Shown here: one piece after another, positions 56,812 to 64,000 of the stretch
How the letters are laid out: the number at the start of each line of letters is the position of its first letter
How positions within the stretch are numbered: position 1 is the first letter of the stretch
Source of the DNA: Candidatus Micrarchaeota archaeon
GTDB taxonomy: Archaea; Micrarchaeota; Micrarchaeia; Anstonellales; Bilamarchaeaceae
Direction: 5' to 3'
Length of the DNA: 64,000 bases
Assembly (NCBI GenBank): GCA_043816005.1
Contig: JBDRIM010000064.1
Location: forward strand, 1 to 64,000
The notes under the pieces: generated by a model
Seen by the model: only the letters and a program-made list of their open reading frames with translations
What the model was told of the DNA's origin: nothing
Database searches by the model: none
Position numbers and translations under genes: made by a program

Positions 56812-56891
56812 GTAAGAAACATACTAAGTTGAGTAATATTTAACAACATTAGTTTTTCAGTATAATTATAAAAAACAGAAAAATGAAAAAA

Positions 56892-56972
56892 TTAACCTTC
56901 TTCTCCCCAGTCCTCTTCTTCGAAATCTTCTTCGTCGAAATCGTCATCTTCATCAAAAGACAGTGGTCTCAT
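56892..56972 (-). CDS. Acidic micropeptide 3 (MRPLSFDEDDDFDEEDFEEEDWGEEG)
   Basis: ATG 2 nt after the previous stop, followed by a T-rich terminator-like tract. Paralogous to its neighbours. Confidence 0.7.
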   Translation of the reverse strand: MRPLSFDEDDDFDEEDFEEEDWGEEG

Positions 56973-56974
56973 TA

Positions 56975-57055
56975 CTAATCCTCTTCCTCCCACTCATCTT
57001 CCTCAGAATCTCCATCATCGTCGAATTCATCATTTTCATCTATTTTTAAGATCAT
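56975..57055 (-). CDS. Acidic micropeptide 2 (MILKIDENDEFDDDGDSEEDEWEEED)
   Basis: ATG 1 nt after the previous stop; same architecture. Confidence 0.7.
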   Translation of the reverse strand: MILKIDENDEFDDDGDSEEDEWEEED

Positions 57056-57056
57056 T

Positions 57057-57143
57057 TCACTCATCCTCTTCTTCCCATGCATCTTCATCGAAATCGTCAT
57101 CTTCATCAATATCCTCTTCCTCGTCTATGGGCAATAATGTCAT
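57057..57143 (-). CDS. Acidic micropeptide 1 (MTLLPIDEEEDIDEDDDFDEDAWEEEDE)
   Basis: AGGTGG RBS 5 nt before the ATG at 57143. Confidence 0.75.
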   Translation of the reverse strand: MTLLPIDEEEDIDEDDDFDEDAWEEEDE

Positions 57144-57378
57144 AGTATCCACCTGAGAATTGATGGTATAACGTGAAAAGGCTTTTAAAGGTTCTCGAAA
57201 ATTGTTGTAGGCACAAATAAAAAGATAAAAGGGATCAAATAAGCATGGGAACGGGTGCAATAACAGATTTTGTGTTTATACGAACGAAGGATTGGAAAAA
57301 AATTGACAAAAAAATGAAAACTATGAAATGTTTACGCTGTGGAATTATCAAGGTTGAAAAAAATGGAGTAGTGATGTT

Positions 57379-58380
57379 ATGCGCGAAAAGTTCATAACAT
57401 CCTTGATAGTACCAACGGGAATAAAGGCGTCAGTAGGTGGTTTTTTAGGTGACGCAACTCCATTTGCAAATCTCATATCATCTATTTCTGATTGGACGAT
57501 AGTGAACCCGAATGTAGTAAATGGCGGCGTTCTGAATTTGATGAAAGAAAATATTATTTACACTGAAGGAACCATGATGGACATGTTTTTCCGAGGTGAA
57601 GTAGCACTTGAACCAACAAATGGGAATAAGATAGGTATTGTTGTTGAAAAGAACAACGATAAAGGTGCAATGGCACTTTTGATAAATACCATAAATGGAC
57701 TGCGAGCAATAGGAGGAGTGGACGTAGTTGGTATAGAAATGACTGATAAGGTTGTTGATGCACAAGCACATGTCAACAACCATGGTGTTGCCCATGGAAA
57801 CATTAAAGATCTGAATCAGCTTGACAAACCAATAAAAAAACTTTTACAAAAAGGTGCCGACACCATAGCAGTAAGTGTTCAGGTTGGCGCAGACCATGAA
57901 TTATGGGAAAAATATTACGAGGGAAATGGACCAAACCCAGTTGGTGCACTCGAAGCAATTATATCCCACCATGTTGTTGCAAAATATAAAATTCCAGCTG
58001 CACATGCACCGTTAGTTCATCAAAACGAATGGAAAATAAATCTAAAGGACAAACCAGTTTATTGGCGTGCGGGAGCAGAAGCCATTTCACCTGCTTATCT
58101 AAGTTGTGTACTTTTAGGACTTTCAAAAGCACCTAAAATTTCAAAAACTGGGATGGGGGTGCATGATCTTTCTGCATTAGTTATACCGCATTCTGCTTGT
58201 GGAGGTATTCCTGTTTTCGAGTGTATGAAAAGGAAAATACCGATAATTGCGGTGAAAGAAATTACTACTAATCTGAATGTGACTCCAAAAAGCATTGGAA
58301 TTGAGGCAATAGAAGTTGAAACAATGGATGACGCACTTGGAAAACTAATTGAGATAAAAGAAGGAATAAAATTAGAATAA
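57379..58380 (+). CDS. DUF3326-like protein
   Basis: IVPTGIKASVGGFLGDA, NPNVVNG, GALEAIISH, AHAP and AEAIS motifs recalled for DUF3326. Confidence 0.75.
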   Translation: MREKFITSLIVPTGIKASVGGFLGDATPFANLISSISDWTIVNPNVVNGGVLNLMKENIIYTEGTMMDMFFRGEVALEPTNGNKIGIVVEKNNDKGAMALLINTINGLRAIGGVDVVGIEMTDKVVDAQAHVNNHGVAHGNIKDLNQLDKPIKKLLQKGADTIAVSVQVGADHELWEKYYEGNGPNPVGALEAIISHHVVAKYKIPAAHAPLVHQNEWKINLKDKPVYWRAGAEAISPAYLSCVLLGLSKAPKISKTGMGVHDLSALVIPHSACGGIPVFECMKRKIPIIAVKEITTNLNVTPKSIGIEAIEVETMDDALGKLIEIKEGIKLE

Positions 58381-58542
58381 ACACAATAAAAATTGCAGAT
58401 CCGCTTCCGAATCGAAGAAATCTGGACCACATACCTACTTGTTCAAATCTCGAACATATAATATCCAGACGCACGGGAATTTTGGTTTTGTTGATTTTTC
58501 AGTTCGGATTTTTCGTTCTGAGTTTCTTCGAGCTGTTATTGA

Positions 58543-60447
58543 TTACTTCAGCCTAACAGCTTCAAGATCAGCTAATGCTCTTGAATCCTTTCTCATCATC
58601 ATTCCAATCGAACGGGCGAATTCTTCTGTCTTGCCCCAATCACCATGCATAGTTAGCACTCTTTCTGGTGTTGGACGCAAATTCTTTAAATAAGCCATAA
58701 GTTGTGCCCTGTCACTGTGACCAGAGAAACCTTCTGCTGTTTCAACCCGCATGTTAATCTTAAGTGTTTTCATTTTACCATCATCACCAAGTATTGGAAG
58801 CTCCTTCATTCCCTGTTGGATCTTACTTCCAAGCGAAAGTGCACTTTGGTAACCAACAAAAGCAAGAGTGTTGTTTGGATTGTCTGCCATGAGCTTAAGA
58901 TACTCATATGACGGACCGCCAGTAAGCATACCAGAAGGTGCAAGTATGACCGCCGGTTCTCCATTAACAATTTCTTCCTTTGATGTTCCTTTGGCAACCT
59001 TTATCATAGGTGATTCGAACGGACTGCGATCGGAAAGAATCCTTCTTTGGAGTTGTTCCCTCAAATATTCTGGATATGCTGTATGTATTGCTGATGCTTC
59101 TAAAATCATTCCATCGATATAAATTGGAAGATTAAGATCAGGTTCTCTTCGTATTAAATCTTCAAGAACCAACATTATTTCTTGTGATCGTCCAACAGCA
59201 AAAACTGGTATGAGAACTTTGCCCCTTTTTGCTATAGTATCTTTGATAATGTCAAAAAGTTTTTTCTCACTGTCAAAACGATTTACTGATATATCATTCC
59301 TACCACCATAGGTACTTTCTATAAGCAGTGTTTCAAGTCTTGGGAAATGGGTCGTAGCAGGATCAAATAGTCTAGTAAATCCAAATTTAAGATCACCAGA
59401 GTAGACAAGATTGTGTGTTCCTTCACCTATATGAAGATGAATACTTGCACTTCCAAGAATATGACCAGCATTATATAATGTCATTTTAATTTCTGGCGTT
59501 ATGTCCACAACTTCTTCATAATTAACTGTTATGACATTTCTCAATTCTTTGTAAATATCTTTTTTTGTGTATGGTGGATCAACATTGAATGCTTTTTTGC
59601 AGAGATTTAAGTAATCCTGTTGCAGGAGAACCATAAAATCTCGAGTTGGTGGTGTACAGTAAACAGGACCATCATACCCATATGCATAAAGATATGGTAA
59701 AAATCCCATGTGGTCCATGTGGCCATGGCTTATCACAACTGCATCTATCTCTTCTAACGAAAAACCGGCCATATTAAGGTAGGGATACGCACGGGTTGGA
59801 TCTGATGTTGCAGTATTTACACCAACATCCAACAAAACTTTGCTGTTTGGAGTTTGAATAAGTAAACAAGACCTCCCAATTTCTCTGAAACCACCAAGTG
59901 CCATTATTCTGATCCAGTCTCCCGGTGGTGATGGTTGACATATTTTTTTGCCGATGTTCACCAAAAACTTTTTGCGCTCAGATGCTTCCAATACATTTAT
60001 TTTACGGATACCCGAAATTGTTGCCGATGGCATTGTTGGAGCACGCAATGTTACTGGTGCCCATTTGGTTTTGAGCATTATTTCCTTAAGTATAGATCCT
60101 CCTTTTCCGATTACAAGTCCTGGTTTGATTGCTTCTATCCTAACTTCACACATTTCAGGAACAAAAATTATTGACTTGATGTCAGCTTCTTTTGGAACAA
60201 GAGATTCTATTTGGGCTTTTGCTTCCCCTATATCAGTAAGTTCACTTGGATCTACTCTTATGGTAACTTTCTTTTTAAGTGCGCTTGCAAGCTCTTTTAT
60301 CAATCGGTCGTTTGAATAAAATGCATCGATATTTTTGATGTAAATTACTGTAGACAGGCCTTCTGGCTCGACTTTGGTAACTTCGCATTGCGAAGGCATT
60401 ATTTCACTTATTCTTTTTACTATATCTTTGTAGTGCAATGAAAACAC
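58543..60447 (-). CDS. fttA: KH-domain beta-CASP ribonuclease aCPSF1 (FttA)
   Basis: KPGLVIGKGG KH motif, GGFREIGRS, SHGHMDH, AGHILGS and FSGHSD. Confidence 0.95.
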   Translation of the reverse strand: MFSLHYKDIVKRISEIMPSQCEVTKVEPEGLSTVIYIKNIDAFYSNDRLIKELASALKKKVTIRVDPSELTDIGEAKAQIESLVPKEADIKSIIFVPEMCEVRIEAIKPGLVIGKGGSILKEIMLKTKWAPVTLRAPTMPSATISGIRKINVLEASERKKFLVNIGKKICQPSPPGDWIRIMALGGFREIGRSCLLIQTPNSKVLLDVGVNTATSDPTRAYPYLNMAGFSLEEIDAVVISHGHMDHMGFLPYLYAYGYDGPVYCTPPTRDFMVLLQQDYLNLCKKAFNVDPPYTKKDIYKELRNVITVNYEEVVDITPEIKMTLYNAGHILGSASIHLHIGEGTHNLVYSGDLKFGFTRLFDPATTHFPRLETLLIESTYGGRNDISVNRFDSEKKLFDIIKDTIAKRGKVLIPVFAVGRSQEIMLVLEDLIRREPDLNLPIYIDGMILEASAIHTAYPEYLREQLQRRILSDRSPFESPMIKVAKGTSKEEIVNGEPAVILAPSGMLTGGPSYEYLKLMADNPNNTLAFVGYQSALSLGSKIQQGMKELPILGDDGKMKTLKINMRVETAEGFSGHSDRAQLMAYLKNLRPTPERVLTMHGDWGKTEEFARSIGMMMRKDSRALADLEAVRLK

Positions 60448-60525
60448 CTCGAATTTAATTTCAGTTAGATTACTTGGAAGTAATTAATATCACAGGAAAC
60501 AGACGAAAAAACAAAAAACAAAAAA

Positions 60526-61161
60526 TTATGCGTTCAAGAGTTTTGTAACTTCTTCTTTTGACAATCTCTTGAAACCTGTTTTTGTAACCATCGTAAGATC
60601 AACACGTTCACCACTTGCTGCATCTCTTTTCATAGCAGCACTTACTGCTTTAGCAGCAACAATGAGATTTGTATTGATATCTTTATCTTCTCTATAAAGT
60701 TCCTCAAGAACACCATAGGCTATTGGCGAACCACTGCCTGTTGATGTGAGTTTTTCTTCTGTAATGCCACCAAGCATATCAACAGAAAAAAGTCTTGGTC
60801 TTTCATCCATGCCACCTATAAGGAGCTGGACAAAAAACGGATAGAACTTATATTGAGTAAGTATGTTTGCGAGTAAAGTTGCTGCAGCTTCGACTGTTGC
60901 TGGTCTTTCATTTTTAAGTTCGTAGAGTTTGAGTTCTGCAGTCATCCATCTAATTAATGTTTGCGCGTCACCGACACCGCCTGCAATAGTCATTGCAATG
61001 CAATCAGAAACTTGGTAGACCTTATCAATGTCTTTGCTTGCGATGAGATATCCCATTGTAGCTCTGCGGTCACTTGCTAATACGACACCATCTTTACATA
61101 CCAAACCGACTGTCGTTGTGCCAGTTTGTATTGCTTCTTTTTGATTATCCATCAAAATCAC
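60526..61161 (-). CDS. psmB: Proteasome beta subunit
   Basis: TG/TTTVG propeptide junction, TGSGS and RDAASG; conserved adjacency to aCPSF1. Confidence 0.95.
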   Translation of the reverse strand: MILMDNQKEAIQTGTTTVGLVCKDGVVLASDRRATMGYLIASKDIDKVYQVSDCIAMTIAGGVGDAQTLIRWMTAELKLYELKNERPATVEAAATLLANILTQYKFYPFFVQLLIGGMDERPRLFSVDMLGGITEEKLTSTGSGSPIAYGVLEELYREDKDINTNLIVAAKAVSAAMKRDAASGERVDLTMVTKTGFKRLSKEEVTKLLNA

Positions 61162-61210
61162 TTCGGGAGAACGAGTAATAAAGTAAATTGCAAGGGAGCA
61201 TTTTTAAATG

Positions 61211-62593
61211 CTACCAACGGCTTTCAATAATCTCATTAATTGCTAACGCCGCTCTATGAACATCATGCAGATTATTGTAAAATGCAAGTGATGCACGAAC
61301 AGCACCTGGAAGACTACTGGCATCGCGACCGCTTGCAGCAAACATAACTGCAATTAACTCCATAACTTCTGGAGGCTTACCCAAAAGCCGTGATACTAAA
61401 ATATGGGCACAAAAACATCCGTCTCTAACGCTTATGTCATGCTCATCCAATATACGAGCCAAATCAGTATGTCTATGGGATCTGGAATTAAAGACAAAAA
61501 TTGGAACACGCCCTTCACCTGACATTGGTGAATATATATCAAGACCACGAACCTTCGCAAGTTCTTGACTAAACAGTCTGCCTAATTCTTCATCATGTGC
61601 AGCAATTCTTTCCATTCCAATAGCAGAAAGATAATCAACTGCATAGCCCCATTCAATGGCTCCTTCGATATTTTGTGTACCTGGTTCAAATCGTTCTGGG
61701 CTACCAGCATAAGCAACATTACCCGCAGTTACTAAATGCACTGCACTGCCACCACTTACTAAATCAGTTAGATAACGTTGTCCTCTTTTACTTACGAAAA
61801 ACGCACCGATTCCAGTTGGACCGTACATTTTGTGTGCAGAAGCACTTGCAAAATCAACTCCTAAACTATCAAGATTAATTGGTATATGGCCAGCTGACTG
61901 TGCCATATCAAGATAGATTACCACCTGATCTCCAACTAGTTCGCGTATTTTTTTAACATCATTAACTGCGCCAGTTACATTAGAAACATGAACAAGGTTG
62001 AGTAAAATTCTACCGCCAAATCGACGTACAACCTCTTCTAATACATTCAGATCAATACTACCATCACGGTTAACCGGAAGAACACCAAATCTTGCACCAG
62101 TTGCATCAGCAAAATTACGCGCAGTGACAATTTGAGAATTGTGTTCTGCTTCAGTAACCAAAACTAGAGTATCTTGATCATAAGCAAACCTGGTTGCTAA
62201 AAGATTAGAAGAACCAGTTGTGCCGCTTGTAAATGCAAGATCATAGCTATGTGCATTGAAAAATCTTTTTAGTTTTTCTTTTGCACTATCATAGTTTTGT
62301 TGAGCTATGCGTGCTTCTAGTGAATTCTTTGAATGGTTACTGCCACGTAAATGTTCAAGTCGGAACAGGTGCATTCTATCTATTACAGTTCTTGGTTCTT
62401 GGCTTGTGGCACCAGAATCAAGATAAATACGGCCGCCTTTTTCAAAAAGTGGAAAATCTCTTTTTCTAATTCCTTCTATATCTGGCAGAATACCAGGAAA
62501 ATATTTGGCTGTTGCACCTTCTTTAACTATTTTTGGAACATCAACAAAACCATTTCTTAGAAGTGGCAGTTGTGCTAGTGAACGTGGATTCAT
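61211..62593 (-). CDS. sufS: SufS-like cysteine desulfurase (class V PLP aminotransferase)
   Basis: YLDSGAT, EHNS, SAHKMYGPTG and RDGCFCA. Start taken at MNPRSL. Confidence 0.85.
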   Translation of the reverse strand: MNPRSLAQLPLLRNGFVDVPKIVKEGATAKYFPGILPDIEGIRKRDFPLFEKGGRIYLDSGATSQEPRTVIDRMHLFRLEHLRGSNHSKNSLEARIAQQNYDSAKEKLKRFFNAHSYDLAFTSGTTGSSNLLATRFAYDQDTLVLVTEAEHNSQIVTARNFADATGARFGVLPVNRDGSIDLNVLEEVVRRFGGRILLNLVHVSNVTGAVNDVKKIRELVGDQVVIYLDMAQSAGHIPINLDSLGVDFASASAHKMYGPTGIGAFFVSKRGQRYLTDLVSGGSAVHLVTAGNVAYAGSPERFEPGTQNIEGAIEWGYAVDYLSAIGMERIAAHDEELGRLFSQELAKVRGLDIYSPMSGEGRVPIFVFNSRSHRHTDLARILDEHDISVRDGCFCAHILVSRLLGKPPEVMELIAVMFAASGRDASSLPGAVRASLAFYNNLHDVHRAALAINEIIESRW

Positions 62594-62683
62594 GTGATAT
62601 TGAATGGAGGTTAGTGCGTATAAATATTTGTTTAAAATATGACAAAAAACAATACATAATTGTTTTAAAAGATAGAGGAGAGT

Positions 62684-63460
62684 ATGTGCCATGACAAAAA
62701 ATCAGAATTTTTTGACTGTCGCGAACAGGAGGTTCGCTCCATGATAAAAAGTCCGTGTACATTTGAAAGAATACCATCCGGTATTCCTAATTTGGATAAT
62801 ATGATATGTGGTGGGCTGCCAAAACAAAGTTCAGTAATGATCCGTGGTGGCACTGGAACATGCAAAACAAATCTATGCATTCAATATCTTTATTATGGTG
62901 CGAAAGAACATGATGATCCAGGAGTTTTTTTAAGTTTTGCAGAAGCAAAACAACAAATACACCAACACGCGCATGGTTTTGGTTGGGATTTGGATGCACT
63001 TGAAAAAGAAGGTATGTTCACTATAATAAGATATGAACCGCACGAAGTACTCAAAGTTATGGAGGAAGGCGGAGGATCAATAAGAGATACAGTGGAATCT
63101 TTAGGAGCAAGAAGAATAGTTATTGATTCTTTAACTGCTTATGAAATGCTTTTTGAAAAAAGATATCGTGCAAATGAATCGATATTGAATTTATTCGAAA
63201 TGTTACGCAGTTGGAATGCAACCACATTAGTCACTTCAGAATCACCTATATCCCCAAATCAAGAGCACAGAGGAAGATCAGGATTTCTTAGTGATGGAAT
63301 AATTAATATGTACAATTTAAGGCAGGGAAGACATAGGATAAGAGCAATAGAAATAATAAAAATGAGAGACACAACACACACAGATCAAGTAAGGGTTTTC
63401 AAACTAACAAAAAACGGAATAGTGATTGGAGAGGAGTTGAAAAACATTGCAAAATTCTAA
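62684..63460 (+). CDS. KaiC/RAD55-like RecA-superfamily ATPase
   Basis: SGIPNLD, GGTGTCKT (Walker A), RIVIDS and IIKMR. Start may be the ATG at 62741. Confidence 0.9.
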   Translation: MCHDKKSEFFDCREQEVRSMIKSPCTFERIPSGIPNLDNMICGGLPKQSSVMIRGGTGTCKTNLCIQYLYYGAKEHDDPGVFLSFAEAKQQIHQHAHGFGWDLDALEKEGMFTIIRYEPHEVLKVMEEGGGSIRDTVESLGARRIVIDSLTAYEMLFEKRYRANESILNLFEMLRSWNATTLVTSESPISPNQEHRGRSGFLSDGIINMYNLRQGRHRIRAIEIIKMRDTTHTDQVRVFKLTKNGIVIGEELKNIAKF

Positions 63461-64000
63461 AGCACAAACAAGCTTTGAATTCTTGTTAATTTTATCAGTT
63501 GCCATATTAGTACTTGTAATAATAGCAGTAATATCACAGGGTCATGTTACTACTGTTCAGAATATTAAGGATGATACTGATGCAAAAAATTCTTTGATGG
63601 ACCTGAGTTCAGCTGCAAAGGAAGTATACGCACAAGGTGAGGGATCAAAAAAGAAAGTATACATACAATTGCCAAGTACCTACGATGCGGATAAATCATT
63701 TGTTAGTAATAAATCCATAAGAATAAATGCGGCTGGAACTGACCATGTTTCAATAGAAAATTTCAATGTTCGCGGTTATCTCCCTTCAACCTCAGGAGGA
63801 CATTGGGTGTGGGTAGTTTCAGAAGGAAATAGAGTACGCATAGGAGATGCGATGATGGAACTTGATAAAAATCGCATATTTCTTGTAATGGATAGTAATT
63901 CAACTGCTTCAACATCATTCAATGTAAAGAATATATGGATTGGTGATATAGGTATTACTACATCCACAATATGGAACAATTATGAGGTAACAATGGATGG
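63447..64000 (+). CDS. Archaeal type IV pilin-like protein with class III signal peptide, 3'-partial
   Basis: TTG start after GGAG: MQNSKA/QTSFEFLLILSVAILVLVIIAV..., then AKEVYAQGEGS. The frame is open to the window end and is absent from the ORF track. Confidence 0.8.
   Translation, partial: MQNSKAQTSFEFLLILSVAILVLVIIAVISQGHVTTVQNIKDDTDAKNSLMDLSSAAKEVYAQGEGSKKKVYIQLPSTYDADKSFVSNKSIRINAAGTDHVSIENFNVRGYLPSTSGGHWVWVVSEGNRVRIGDAMMELDKNRIFLVMDSNSTASTSFNVKNIWIGDIGITTSTIWNNYEVTMD

Noticed and set aside
57057..57260. 67-aa ORF from the track
   Set aside because: The upstream 39 codons look non-coding. The RBS and paralogy support the 28-aa product starting at 57143.
1..64000. CRISPR array, rRNA, integrase/transposase, reverse transcriptase or DGR
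   Set aside because: No regularly spaced repeat-spacer array and no recognisable motifs for these were seen by eye.

Overview
Archaeal chromosomal DNA, most likely a DPANN (Micrarchaeota-like) genome. This is inferred from a ~390-aa epsilon2-type tRNA splicing endonuclease, multi-intron tRNAs, tRNA-Ile(UAU), aTrm56, PolD DP1, aCPSF1/FttA, proteasome beta and a class III pilin. The window opens inside ftsY, followed by a ~21-kb co-oriented cluster of very large orphan genes (1261, 2923, 739 and 1807 aa). These show membrane segments, an SGNH esterase domain and a beta-strand-rich, barrel-like region. Next is trm56, flanked on each side by a small cargo module, each bounded by a duplicated copy of one end of trm56. 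Then come an MNT-HEPN pair, housekeeping and lipid genes, and three intron-split tRNAs: Arg-CCT (3 introns), Ile-TAT (2) and Arg-TCT (2). Their introns and flanks share a family of hairpin elements that also occurs free-standing just after endA. A LAGLIDADG gene has its stop codon inside tRNA-Arg(CCT). Further on are an arginine biosynthesis operon with an ArgB-DUF619 fusion and a tandem array of three 26-28 aa hyper-acidic micropeptide genes, two of them missed by the ORF track. No CRISPR array, rRNA, integrase or transposase was seen. All calls come from reading motifs by eye; no database search was run.
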